Source of the DNA: Ignavibacteriota bacterium
Lineage (GTDB): Bacteria; Bacteroidota; Ignavibacteria; UBA10030
NCBI GenBank assembly: GCA_963727825.1
Contig: CAVSHO010000003.1
Coordinates: forward strand, 1-49,282
Length of the DNA stretch: 49,282 nucleotides
Direction: 5' to 3'
Part shown: piece after piece, positions 1 to 9,939 of the stretch
Numbering within the stretch: the first letter of the stretch is position 1
Layout of the letters: each line of letters starts with the position of its first letter
Notes under the pieces: model-generated
What the model saw: the letters and a program-made list of their open reading frames with translations, nothing else
Database searches by the model: none
What the model was told of the DNA's origin: nothing
Made by a program: the position numbers and the translations under genes

Positions 1-63
1 GAGATTCGAACTCGTGTTCCAGGCTTGAAAAGCCCGTGTCCTAGGCCTCTAGACGATAGGGGC
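1..63 (-). tRNA. tRNA-Glu(UUC), 3' end cut off by the window edge
   Basis: Reverse complement GCCCCTATCGTCTAGAGGCCTAGGACACGGGC-TTTTCAA-GCCTG...GTTCGAATCTC; anticodon TTC; T-loop present. Confidence 0.93.
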
Positions 64-73
64 GGGTTACAAT

Positions 74-162
74 TATCAATGGACAGTGACCAACAAACAG
101 TAATTAATGAACAACAATATTGTTGCAATATTAAATTGTTCATTGCTCATTTGTCACTGTAA
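74..162. repeat. Degenerate heptamer tandem repeats in inverted arrangement (long imperfect hairpin) in the tRNA-His/tRNA-Glu spacer
   Basis: tatcaat/ggacagt/gaccaac/aaacagt/aattaat/gaacaac then attgttc/attgctc/atttgtc/actgtaa; acagtgac(83-90) pairs with gtcactgt(153-160); aatgaacaa(106-114) pairs with ttgttcatt(136-144). Confidence 0.7.
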
Positions 163-164
163 AG

Positions 165-239
165 GGTGACCAGTGGGACTTGAACCCACGACCTCCAGGG
201 CCACAACCTGGCGTTCTAACCAACTGAACTATGGCCACC
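165..239 (-). tRNA. tRNA-His(GUG)
   Basis: GGTGGCCATAGTTCAGTTGGTTAGAACGCCAGG-TTGTGGC-CCTGGAGGTCGTGGGTTCAAGTCCCACTGGTCACC; G-1/C73 identity pair; CCA not encoded. Confidence 0.96.
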
Positions 240-643
240 ATGTCCCAATTTCACATGACTTAATAAACGAAGTGAAATTAAGTTATAAGTGAAATTGCGG
301 ATCCCACAGAGCGAAGCGATTGCAGGATTAACATCATGCACCTTATACAGCAAAGCCCGTTATTTGCATAACAGGCTTACCTGACGCATACGTAAGATAT
401 CGAAATGTGTCTGCAAAGGCAAGCCTAATTTCCGCGCCTATGTTCTCAATTATTAGAAGCACAGTATAAGAAGTAAGAATATTTAATTTGATTTTTGTGC
501 GCACTGCTTGGTAATCAGAAATTTCAATAACACTAAGAAGATAAGTTCGGCATAGAGCTTGAGGTAAAATGGATGTATAAATTATTTGTTTTATGATAAT
601 TAAGTAATTTCTATGATATTAATTGACTAATAGAGGAGTTCTA

Positions 644-1501
644 GTGTATTGTATTGTTGAAAAGAAAATACTTGCGCCTACTATTACTAAATATGTGATT
701 GAAGCACCTTATATTGCCCGGAAACGCAAGGCAGGTAATTTTGTGATTATTCGGGTTGAAGAAACCGGCGAACGTATTCCTCTTACTCTTGTGGACAGCA
801 ATCTCAATGATGGTACTATTACTTTGATCGTACAGGCAATAGGTAAAACGACAAAAGCATTGGCATTGAAAAACGAAGGCGATTTTATTACGGATGTTGT
901 GGGCCCTCTAGGGAATCCTACTCCAATTGAAACAGGAAAAACAATCGCTTGTATAGGAGGTGGTGTCGGTACGGCAGAGTTGTATCCAATAACTAAAGCG
1001 TTAAAGGATGCCGGTAATACCATTTACACAATTGTGGGAGCGCGTTCAAAAGAGTTAGTGATTCTTGAACAAGAAATGGAACGCATTTCCGATAAATTCT
1101 ATATCACTACAGACGATGGCTCATATAGACGAAAAGGATTTGTTACAGATCAACTCAAAGAGTTGCTCGATGCAAATCTCGGCATTAATATGGTCTACGC
1201 TATCGGTCCGCTGCCTATGATGAAAGCGGTTTCGAATCTCACGAAACCTTATAATATTCGGACACTAGTGAGTTTAAATGCTATTATGTTGGACGGTACT
1301 GGCATGTGCGGCGGATGCCGTGTAATGGTGAACGGTAAAATAAAGTTTGCATGTGTAGATGGTCCGGAATTTGATGGACACGAAGTAAATTTTGATGAAA
1401 TGTTTTTACGCAACCGCAACTATAATGACATGGAAAAGATTTCAATTGATCGTTTCCTCAAAGAACCGCATGTATGTAAATTAGAGGGAATGGCATCATG
1501 A
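644..1501 (+). CDS. nfnA: NADH-dependent ferredoxin:NADP+ oxidoreductase small subunit (NfnA/SudB, PyrK-like FAD/NAD/[2Fe-2S])
   Basis: GERIPLT, GPLG, GGGVG and DGTGMCGGCRV...CVDGPEFDG motifs; GTG at 644 follows RBS GAGGAG (preferred over TTG 623); overlaps the large subunit gene. Confidence 0.88.
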   Translation: MYCIVEKKILAPTITKYVIEAPYIARKRKAGNFVIIRVEETGERIPLTLVDSNLNDGTITLIVQAIGKTTKALALKNEGDFITDVVGPLGNPTPIETGKTIACIGGGVGTAELYPITKALKDAGNTIYTIVGARSKELVILEQEMERISDKFYITTDDGSYRRKGFVTDQLKELLDANLGINMVYAIGPLPMMKAVSNLTKPYNIRTLVSLNAIMLDGTGMCGGCRVMVNGKIKFACVDGPEFDGHEVNFDEMFLRNRNYNDMEKISIDRFLKEPHVCKLEGMAS

Positions 1502-2925
1502 TAACTGTAAATAAGATGAAACCCTCCGAACGTATGAAAATTCCGCGGCAAGTTTCCATTGAACAAAATCCGGATGAACGAAATCATAATTTTAATGAAG
1601 TCTCGTTTGGTGTAGATGAAAAGAGAGCTTTGATTGAAGCAGCGCGTTGTCTTGAATGTCAAAACCCGATTTGTCAAGAAGGGTGTCCCGTCAATATTGA
1701 TATTCGTTCTTTTATTCAAATGGTATATCAGAAAGATTATATCGGTGCGGTAAATAGAATCCGTGAGTCAAATTACCTTCCTGCTATTTGCGGGCGCGTT
1801 TGTCCGCAAGAAGGGCAGTGCGAATTAGTTTGCACACTTGGAAAGAAACATGATCCTGTTGCGATAGGAAAATTAGAACGCTTCGTCGCTGACTATGAGT
1901 TAAAGAACAATCTTTTCTCTCCACCGGTTATTAAGGAAAAACGGTTTGAGAAAGTGGCAATCGTAGGTTCTGGTCCGGCAGGGTTAACGTGTGCCGCAGA
2001 GTTGGCAAAACTTGGTTATCAGGTAACAATCTTTGAAGCGCTGCATGCGATAGGCGGAGTACTGAGGTATGGCATTCCAGAGTTTCGTCTTCCGCGGAAG
2101 ATTCTGGACCAGGAAGTTGAACATATTAAAGCTCTGGGTGTCAAAATTGAAATGAACTTTCTTGTCGGTCGAACAGAAACGATTGACGAGTTTTTAAATG
2201 GGTGGGGTTTCAATGCAATCTTTCTCGGAACAGGTGCTGGAACGCCGCAGTTTATGGAAATTCCCGGTGAGAACCTCAATGGTGTGTATTCTGCTAACGA
2301 ATTCCTGACCCGCGTCAATCTAATGAAAGCATATAGATTTCCGGAATACGATACGCCGATAAAAATTGGAAATAATGTAGCAGTTATTGGAGGCGGTAAT
2401 ACGGCGATGGATGCAGTACCAACATCAAAACGCCTCGGTGCGGCACATGCTTATCTGATCTATCGCCGCTCCCGCACGGAAATGCCGGCGCGTTTGGAAG
2501 AAATCCATCACGCAGAGGAAGAAGGCATAGAGTTTATGATGCTGACAAACCCGACTCGCATAATCGGTGATGCAAACGGTCGTGTCTCTGGCATCGAGTG
2601 CCAGAAAATGGAACTTGGTGATCCCGATGAGTCGGGACGCCGGAAACCTATTCCATCCAATGAACCAAAATTTATTATAGAGGTTCAGAATGTGATCGAA
2701 GCGGTTGGACAATCACCCAATCCTATTATCCAATCAACCACACCTGGTTTGAAAACAGGACGCAAAGGAGTTGTGGTTGTGGATGAGCTACAAAGGACAA
2801 GCAGGGAAGGAATTTTTGCAGGAGGCGATCTTTCCCGTGGAGGTGCAACTGTTATCCTGGCAATGCGCGATGGAAAAATTGCTGCAAGGCAAATTCATCA
2901 ATATCTACAGCAGAAATATCACTAA
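1498..2925 (+). CDS. nfnB: NfnB/SudA large subunit (GltD-like, 2x[4Fe-4S], FAD, NADPH)
   Basis: EAARCLEC..C..GCPV, CGRVCPQE.QCE, GSGPAGL, YGIPEFRLP, GGGNTAMD, GGATVILAM; ATGA coupling to nfnA; no adjacent gltB. Confidence 0.88.
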   Translation: MITVNKMKPSERMKIPRQVSIEQNPDERNHNFNEVSFGVDEKRALIEAARCLECQNPICQEGCPVNIDIRSFIQMVYQKDYIGAVNRIRESNYLPAICGRVCPQEGQCELVCTLGKKHDPVAIGKLERFVADYELKNNLFSPPVIKEKRFEKVAIVGSGPAGLTCAAELAKLGYQVTIFEALHAIGGVLRYGIPEFRLPRKILDQEVEHIKALGVKIEMNFLVGRTETIDEFLNGWGFNAIFLGTGAGTPQFMEIPGENLNGVYSANEFLTRVNLMKAYRFPEYDTPIKIGNNVAVIGGGNTAMDAVPTSKRLGAAHAYLIYRRSRTEMPARLEEIHHAEEEGIEFMMLTNPTRIIGDANGRVSGIECQKMELGDPDESGRRKPIPSNEPKFIIEVQNVIEAVGQSPNPIIQSTTPGLKTGRKGVVVVDELQRTSREGIFAGGDLSRGGATVILAMRDGKIAARQIHQYLQQKYH

Positions 2926-2945
2926 CTATATGCCATAATGGAAAG

Positions 2946-2979
2946 AAAGGAGCGGAAGTCCGTTTCGCTCCTTTTTTAT
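2946..2979 (+). terminator. Rho-independent terminator after nfnAB
   Basis: aaaggagcggaa...ttcgctcctttttt stem followed by T-tract. Confidence 0.8.
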
Positions 2980-3175
2980 TTGTATTTATAAAACTTGCCT
3001 GATAATTTCCTCAGATTTCTTGTTCAAAAGTAAAGTCGTTATTTACCGACAGCGACTCTCTGTTTACCGAAATTACCACAACATTTTATCCTTCAAATAG
3101 TATTTTAATTATAGAACATAGACTTACAGTTTGAAATTGATTTTGACCTCATTATAATAATTTAATGTGAAAGTA

Positions 3176-3230
3176 TTGACTGAATCTAAAATATTTGCTA
3201 TACTGTATTGTAATAAATGACTATAAGTCA
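3176..3230 (+). promoter_or_regulatory. Sigma70 promoter with downstream TetR operator palindrome
   Basis: TTGACT(3176-81)-17 bp-TATACT(3199-3204) with extended TG; TGACT-ATA-AGTCA at 3218-3230. Confidence 0.75.
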
Positions 3231-3249
3231 GTGATTAAGGTGTATTGCA

Positions 3250-3921
3250 ATGAGTATAATAGAACGAAAAGAACGCGAAAAAGAGCATAGAAAAGAAGAA
3301 ATACTTGACGCAGCTCAGAAAGTCTTCTTTGATAAAGGACTTACCACAGCAACGATGGATGAAATCGCAGAGACGGCAGAACTGAGCAAGGGGACATTGT
3401 ATCTTTACTACAAGAGTAAAGAAGACATGTATCTTGGTGTGATGATGCGTGGAATGGAAGGATTACATGCAGAATTTGAACGTATTGGCTTATCAAATAT
3501 CTCTACAGTTGAGAAGATGGTGAAACTTGAAGCAGCGTACATAAATTATTTTTTCAAAGAAAGAGAATTCTTTCGTATGACTAATTTTTTACAATCCCAA
3601 TATTTTCACAAACAGGTCTCTGATGAAATGAGAAGTAGCTGTGATGCAGATGCTCAAAAGGTGTGGAATGCTATTAACAGTATTTTACAACGAGGTGTGG
3701 AAGAAGGTGTGCTGCGTCCGAATTTCAATCCAATTGAACTCGGCATAATTCTTTGGTCCAACACTACAGCTCTTTTATTTCGGATAGACAATGAAGGTGA
3801 AATGTGGAAAAAGCGGTTTAATATTGATTTGGAGCATACGCTTGAGATATCCAATAAACTGTTGTTTGAATCGATTCTCACAGATCGTGGGCGTATTGAA
3901 TATGCCGCTTTACAAAAATAA
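3250..3921 (+). CDS. TetR/AcrR family transcriptional regulator
   Basis: N-terminal ILDAAQKVF..KG...ATMDEIAETAELSKGTLYLYYKSKE HTH; heads the efflux operon. Confidence 0.95.
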   Translation: MSIIERKEREKEHRKEEILDAAQKVFFDKGLTTATMDEIAETAELSKGTLYLYYKSKEDMYLGVMMRGMEGLHAEFERIGLSNISTVEKMVKLEAAYINYFFKEREFFRMTNFLQSQYFHKQVSDEMRSSCDADAQKVWNAINSILQRGVEEGVLRPNFNPIELGIILWSNTTALLFRIDNEGEMWKKRFNIDLEHTLEISNKLLFESILTDRGRIEYAALQK

Positions 3922-3953
3922 AATGTTCATAATATTTACTGAATGAGGATACA

Positions 3954-5300
3954 ATGATAAGAAAAACATTATTAATCTTGATTGTAATAATTGTTTGTAC
4001 CGGGTTATTGCTCGCGCAGGAAAAGAAATTATTAACGATTGAACAGGCAATTCAAATTGGGATGGATAACAGTAAGCAGCTCCGGACATCGAAATTTAAA
4101 GTGCAGGCGGCAGACGCAAAAGCCAGTGAGGTGAATACGCTTGGATTACCATCCTTGAAATTTAACGGAACCTATACGCGCTTGAGTAATGTGCCGGCAG
4201 AAGCGGTAACACTTCCGGCGAATTCTTTTGGTCCTGGTTTTCCCCCAAGCGATGTTAGTATGGTGCTTTCTCCTACGATCCTTAATAATTATGGATTAAA
4301 AGCCACTCTACAGCAACCACTGTTCACTGGTGGTAAAATATCGGGTGCTGTCGACGCGGCTGAATATGCGGCAAAAGCGACACAAGAGGACCATAAAAAA
4401 GATCAAGCAGATGTACTATATAACATTAAAACTGCGTATTGGAACTTGTATCGTGCCATTGCTTTCAAAAATTTTGTTGATGAAAATGTCGATCAAATAA
4501 AATCACATGCTATTGATGCGGAGAATCTATTTAAACAGGGTTTGCTGACGACGAACGACGTGATGAAAGTTCGCGTTCAGCTTTCCGATGCGTTAGTTCG
4601 TCAAATCGATGCCAAAAACAATGTGCAATTGGCAATGTATATCTTGAACAATACACTAGGGCTTCCGTTACAAACAGAAATAGAACTCGGTTCCACGATA
4701 AATATTACGGATCGAGATTGGGCATCGGCAGATCAATTGATTAAAACTGCTTTTGAAAAACGTCCTGAAATGTTGGGAATGAATGCCCTTGTGAAAGCGA
4801 GCGAAGCAGGTCTGACTTCTGCCCGCGGTGGGTGGTGGCCTCAAATTTATCTAATCGGCGATTATAACTATCTCCGCCCTAACCAGCGATATTTCCCGAT
4901 GTTAGATGAGTTTAAGGATTCGTGGGATGTTACGCTTTCGGTTTCATTTGATCTATGGAATTGGAATCAGACCGGACACCAAACAACGCAAGCTCAGGCA
5001 CAATTGGCTCAGGCACAAGAAGGACTTTCGATGACGAAGGACGGCATTACCTTAGAAGTAACGCAGAGCTATTTAAATATTCAAAAGGCAAAAGAACGAA
5101 AAGTCGTCTCCGAGCAGGAAGTTGCTCAAGCAGAAGAAAATTATCGAACAATGGATGGGAAATATAAACAAGGTCTTGCCGCAAATTCAGAGCTCCTCGA
5201 TGCTGAAGTGGCATTACTTCAGGCGAAACTAAATTTAACACAATCATTAGTCGATTACGAACTTGCCATCGCGCAGCTTTCCAGAGCGATTGGTGAATAA
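3954..5300 (+). CDS. TolC-family outer membrane efflux protein
   Basis: Signal peptide; two OEP repeats (LQQPLFTGG; YKQGLAANSELLDAEVAL); operon context. Confidence 0.93.
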   Translation: MIRKTLLILIVIIVCTGLLLAQEKKLLTIEQAIQIGMDNSKQLRTSKFKVQAADAKASEVNTLGLPSLKFNGTYTRLSNVPAEAVTLPANSFGPGFPPSDVSMVLSPTILNNYGLKATLQQPLFTGGKISGAVDAAEYAAKATQEDHKKDQADVLYNIKTAYWNLYRAIAFKNFVDENVDQIKSHAIDAENLFKQGLLTTNDVMKVRVQLSDALVRQIDAKNNVQLAMYILNNTLGLPLQTEIELGSTINITDRDWASADQLIKTAFEKRPEMLGMNALVKASEAGLTSARGGWWPQIYLIGDYNYLRPNQRYFPMLDEFKDSWDVTLSVSFDLWNWNQTGHQTTQAQAQLAQAQEGLSMTKDGITLEVTQSYLNIQKAKERKVVSEQEVAQAEENYRTMDGKYKQGLAANSELLDAEVALLQAKLNLTQSLVDYELAIAQLSRAIGE

Positions 5301-5326
5301 GAATTTACAAAAAGGATAAAAATACA

Positions 5327-6385
5327 ATGAAGACAAAAACGAGAATCATAATTATCAGTGTAATTGTTATTGCATTGCTCATAGTTCTTATCGTGAGAAG
5401 TAAAATTGAATTGAACGCGTCATCGCAAGGCGGAGTTATCTCAACATCTACTGCGGTGTCAATATATAAAGTAACCCGGCAGCCGGTCAACAATCGGTTT
5501 TCTCTTGTTGGAACGCTCAATGGCTTTAATGATGTTATAGTGCTCTCTGAAACGCAGGGCCGTGTCGTTAAAGTCAACGTCGAGGTAGGACAATTTGTAA
5601 AAGCTGGGTCAGTGTTAGTCGAAGTTGATAGTGAAACGAAGGAAGCAACATTTAAAGCAGCGGAAGTCAATTACGAAAAATCGAAAAAAGACTTAGAGCG
5701 CTACGAAGCACTCTATACTGAACATTCGATTTCTGATTCTCAAATTGAACAAGCGCGGTGGGCTTTTCAGACTGCAGACGCGCAATATGTGGTTGCACGG
5801 CGTGCCTTAAGCGATACGAAAATTACCACACCAATTGCGGGAATTGTAACAGCGCGGTATGTCAGTGTTGGCACTATGACCGTAGGTGCTCCACAAGCAA
5901 CTCAAATAGCCGATGTTGTAGATATTTCTCGCTTGAAGGCGAAAGTGCAAGTAGCTGAAAAAGATGTCTTTCGATTGCACGTAGGCGATGCGGTAGATGT
6001 CACAACTGATATTTTCCAAAATACAATATTTCATGGACAAATCCATACTATTTCCTCCAAGGCAGACGATGGACATACATATGCAGTAGAAGTCTTGCTT
6101 GCTAATCCTAGATTAGAATTGAAGGCAGGAATGTTCGTGAACCTAACGTTTAAACCGAATGAGCAGACATCAGCATTACTTATCCCCCGTGCAGCAATTG
6201 TGGGGAGCCTGCACGACGCACAAGTGTATATAGTGAATAATAATATAGCAACACTGCATTCTATTCTTGCAGGAAAAGAAATTGGCACGGATGTCGAAGT
6301 CCAGCAAGGGCTTCAAGAAGGTGAGATCGTTGTTGTAGACGGTCAGAATAATTTAAGCAACAACAATCATGTCGTAGTGCGTTAA
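5327..6385 (+). CDS. RND periplasmic adaptor (membrane fusion protein)
   Basis: N-terminal TM; lipoyl halves (GRVVKVNVEVGQFVKAGSVL; ITTPIAGIV); LKAGMFV; GLQEGEIVVVDG. Confidence 0.93.
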   Translation: MKTKTRIIIISVIVIALLIVLIVRSKIELNASSQGGVISTSTAVSIYKVTRQPVNNRFSLVGTLNGFNDVIVLSETQGRVVKVNVEVGQFVKAGSVLVEVDSETKEATFKAAEVNYEKSKKDLERYEALYTEHSISDSQIEQARWAFQTADAQYVVARRALSDTKITTPIAGIVTARYVSVGTMTVGAPQATQIADVVDISRLKAKVQVAEKDVFRLHVGDAVDVTTDIFQNTIFHGQIHTISSKADDGHTYAVEVLLANPRLELKAGMFVNLTFKPNEQTSALLIPRAAIVGSLHDAQVYIVNNNIATLHSILAGKEIGTDVEVQQGLQEGEIVVVDGQNNLSNNNHVVVR

Positions 6386-6412
6386 TATGTGTATGGATAA
6401 AGGAATAATGAT

Positions 6413-9400
6413 ATGACACTTACTGAATTATCTATAAAGCGTCCAACCTTAGTGGTAGTCACATTTACGGTTTTGGCTGTTCTTGGCATCTTCAGCTATT
6501 TTCAATTGAAATACGAATTGCTGCCCAAAATGTCAATTCCTGTCGTCACGATAACGACGGTTTATCCCGGCGCCTCACCATATGAAGTTGAAAATAATGT
6601 GAGCAAAGTGATTGAAGATGCTGTTTCCGGTATCGATAAAATCGATGATGTGCGTTCAACATCATTCGAAGGGTTGTCGTTGGTGATAATTGAATTTAAA
6701 CAGGATGCAGATATTGATAACGTTGTACAGGATGCGTCACGCAAAGTCAATGCAATTCTATCTCAGCTGCCAACCGATGCGAAACAGCCGACGGTTTCGA
6801 AGATTGCATTTGATGAAATTCCTGTCCTGCGCATGGGCGTAACGAGTACAATGGATTCGCGGGAATTTTACCAGTTCATGAAAGACCGAATTCAACCACG
6901 CCTTTCGAAAATTGGCGGTGTAGCGCAGGTCTCCTTAACAGGCGGCGATGAGCGCGAGATTAAGGTAAATTTAAATGCTAATAAAGTTCGACTATATGGA
7001 CTTTCAATTTTGCAGATTATGCAATCAATTCGCAATGCAAATATGGATTTTCCCACTGGTAATATAAAAGATGCTGATCAGCAATTTGTCGTTCGTATTG
7101 CCGGAAAATTTAAATCAATTGAAGATTTGCGGCGACTTGTCGTCGGACGCTCACGTCAGGGTGGTGATATTCATCTGGCTGATATTGCAGAAGTGCAGGA
7201 TGGAAAAAAAGACTATTCACAAATTAATCGCATAAACGGCATTACCTCGATCGGTATTCAAGTTGTCAAACAATCGGATGCGAATGCGGTGTCTGTCAGT
7301 CGACTTGTGCGTGCAGAATTGTTGAGTATCCAAAAGGAATACAAGCAGCAGGGCATTTCATTTGATATTGCAGAGGACAGTTCTTCCTTCACACTCGATG
7401 CCGCAAATGCAGTAAAACAAGATCTTCTGCTTGCAGTGCTCATGGTCGCTATTGTCATGTTGCTTTTCTTGCACAGTATCAGGAATTCTCTCATAGTTTT
7501 GGTAGCAATTCCCACATCGTTAATCACGACCTTTGGATTTATGTATGCGATGGATTTTTCATTGAATATGATGACGCTGCTCGGTATGTCACTCGTCATC
7601 GGTATTCTTGTAGACGATTCGATTGTTGTATTGGAAAACATCTATCATCATCTGGAGAAAGGGGAAGAACCACGAGCTGCAGCATTGCGCGGTAGAAATG
7701 AAATAGGATTTGCAGCTCTTTCTATCACAATGGTGGATGTCGTAGTCTTTTTACCATTGTCTCTTGTGAGTGGTATTGTCGGTCAGATCTTGCGTCAGTA
7801 TGCATTGGTTGTCGTCGGTTCGACATTGACAAGTTTGTTCGTATCATTCACAATTACACCCACGTTGGCTTCGCGATTTGCAAAACTTGAGCGTTTAACA
7901 GACCGTACTCTTCTTGGAAAATTTGCGCTGGCATTCAAACGTACTTATCATCAATTTTCAGATTTTTATCAAACAATGCTCAAATGGGCGCTTGATAAAA
8001 AGATATGGTTCAGAATTAAAGTGTGGCGATTTGCTTGGAATTACACGAACAAACTGAAAGTTTTACTTTTAGCAACAGCATTATTCTTTGTAGCATTGGC
8101 GCTTCCAATCCTAGGGTTCATCGGAAACGAATTTATGCCTCAATCCGATCGCGGGGAATTCGGCGTATCAATCGAATTACCTCCTGGTGCTTCGATCGAT
8201 GAAAACAATCAAGCGACACTCAAAATAGAGCGCATCTTTGCACAGATACCGGAAATTGAAAAAGCATTTACTGGTGTCGGCTCTCAAGAGAGCGGCTCGA
8301 TTTCATTATCAAGCGATAATCTGACACAGATTAATATAACACTTATTCCGAAGGAGCTACGTAAAAAATCGACAACAGAAATTGGTGAAGAAATCAAGTT
8401 CAAATTAAAGCAAATTCCGGGCGTCAAGGTCTTCATTAATCCGATTGGACTTTTTGGTTCGGCAAATCAATCATCAATACAAATTGCGGTAAACGGCACA
8501 GACTTTGATGTACTGACAAAAGCGGCAGATCAGGTTCAGGATGTTTTAAAAAATATACCGGGCACAACGGATGTTCGCCTTTCTTCGGAGACCGGGAAGC
8601 CGGAAATGCGTGTTGAAATTGATCGAGAAAAAATGGCGCAATTGGGGCTATCGGTCGCGGATGTCGGTACGACACTGCGGGTTGCTTTAACCGGAGATGA
8701 TCAGTCTAAATATCGTGACGGCAATAATGAATATGATATCCGTATTCAATTCGATGAAGCGGATCGCACACATACGAATGATCTTGGTGATATCACGTTT
8801 ATGAATAGCCGCGGACAGCAGATTGAACTAAAACAGTTTGCGTCGATCTATCAGTCTTCCGGTCCGACCAAATTGGAGCGCCGTGATCGCATCAATACAA
8901 TCTATGTCAACGGTGAAACACTTGGCCGTCCAACAGGGACAATTATGGAAGACTTTAAGAACAAGATCGCTGCTGTTCACCTTCCTCAGGGTGTTACACT
9001 TTCTTATCTTGGGATGGAAAAAATGCGTTCAGAAGGATTTAGCGATCTATTCTGGGCTATGGGAATAGGTATTCTCTTTATTTATCTTATTATGGTTGCA
9101 TTATACGACTCGTATGTCTATCCGTTTGTCGTCTTGTTTTCTTTGCCGCTTGCCATGATCGGTGCGATAGTAGCGCTTGCAGCCTCAGGGAAATCATTAA
9201 GTATTTTTTCCATGCTTGGTATTATCATGTTAATGGGACTGGTGGCTAAGAATGCTATCTTGCTTGTCGACAGAACGAATCAGACACGGCTTGAACAAGG
9301 ACTCACGGTGTATGAGGCGCTTCTTGAATCAGCGCGGTCGCGAATGCGTCCTATTCTTATGACAACGTTTACAATGATTTTTGGGATGTTGCCCATTGCA

Positions 9401-9619
9401 TTATCGACGGCATCAGGTTCTGAGTGGAAATCCGGATTAGCATGGGCGCTTATCGGCGGCTTAACTAGTTCGTTGTTTTTAACGTTGATTGTTGTTCCCG
9501 TGGTGTATATGAAAGTGGATGAATGGAAGACAAAGATTCCGGTGTTGTTGAAAAAGCCGTCTTCTATGTTCAAGCGATCACGAAATGGCGAGCTTTTACA
9601 AACAAGTAAAGCAGCATAA
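6413..9619 (+). CDS. RND efflux transporter permease (AcrB/HAE1 family)
   Basis: 1068 aa; SIKRP start; GILVDDSIVVLEN; GLVAKNAILLVD; RMRPILMTT. Confidence 0.96.
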   Translation: MTLTELSIKRPTLVVVTFTVLAVLGIFSYFQLKYELLPKMSIPVVTITTVYPGASPYEVENNVSKVIEDAVSGIDKIDDVRSTSFEGLSLVIIEFKQDADIDNVVQDASRKVNAILSQLPTDAKQPTVSKIAFDEIPVLRMGVTSTMDSREFYQFMKDRIQPRLSKIGGVAQVSLTGGDEREIKVNLNANKVRLYGLSILQIMQSIRNANMDFPTGNIKDADQQFVVRIAGKFKSIEDLRRLVVGRSRQGGDIHLADIAEVQDGKKDYSQINRINGITSIGIQVVKQSDANAVSVSRLVRAELLSIQKEYKQQGISFDIAEDSSSFTLDAANAVKQDLLLAVLMVAIVMLLFLHSIRNSLIVLVAIPTSLITTFGFMYAMDFSLNMMTLLGMSLVIGILVDDSIVVLENIYHHLEKGEEPRAAALRGRNEIGFAALSITMVDVVVFLPLSLVSGIVGQILRQYALVVVGSTLTSLFVSFTITPTLASRFAKLERLTDRTLLGKFALAFKRTYHQFSDFYQTMLKWALDKKIWFRIKVWRFAWNYTNKLKVLLLATALFFVALALPILGFIGNEFMPQSDRGEFGVSIELPPGASIDENNQATLKIERIFAQIPEIEKAFTGVGSQESGSISLSSDNLTQINITLIPKELRKKSTTEIGEEIKFKLKQIPGVKVFINPIGLFGSANQSSIQIAVNGTDFDVLTKAADQVQDVLKNIPGTTDVRLSSETGKPEMRVEIDREKMAQLGLSVADVGTTLRVALTGDDQSKYRDGNNEYDIRIQFDEADRTHTNDLGDITFMNSRGQQIELKQFASIYQSSGPTKLERRDRINTIYVNGETLGRPTGTIMEDFKNKIAAVHLPQGVTLSYLGMEKMRSEGFSDLFWAMGIGILFIYLIMVALYDSYVYPFVVLFSLPLAMIGAIVALAASGKSLSIFSMLGIIMLMGLVAKNAILLVDRTNQTRLEQGLTVYEALLESARSRMRPILMTTFTMIFGMLPIALSTASGSEWKSGLAWALIGGLTSSLFLTLIVVPVVYMKVDEWKTKIPVLLKKPSSMFKRSRNGELLQTSKAA

Positions 9620-9653
9620 TATTTAATAAATGAAGTGGTAAAGTAAGGCAGTC

Positions 9654-9684
9654 AGGGCATGAATAAATATTCATGCCCTTTTTT
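9654..9684 (+). terminator. Terminator after the RND operon
   Basis: agggcatgaata-aa-tattcatgccct followed by T-tract. Confidence 0.85.
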
Positions 9685-9939
9685 CTGCTTTCCCAAAAAA
9701 ACAGAACATGTATTGACTCGTTAAAAATAATCGATTGATATTAAGATGAAAAAAGGAAAGATGATGAAGAGGTTGCAATTTATCTTTAACAATAGATAGA
9801 TGGATCCCAAAGTGTAAAAAAATTAATATGGAGCCGAAATTATATTCCTCCGATAGAATCGTTGTGAATTTATCAAAACAAAAATATTTTCTTTCGTTAT
9901 ATAAAAAATCTTCTTATTTATTACTTAGGTAATATGAGT

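Noticed and set aside
1498-2925. Glutamate synthase small subunit (gltD)
   Set aside because: No gltB nearby, and it is coupled to an NfnA-type subunit
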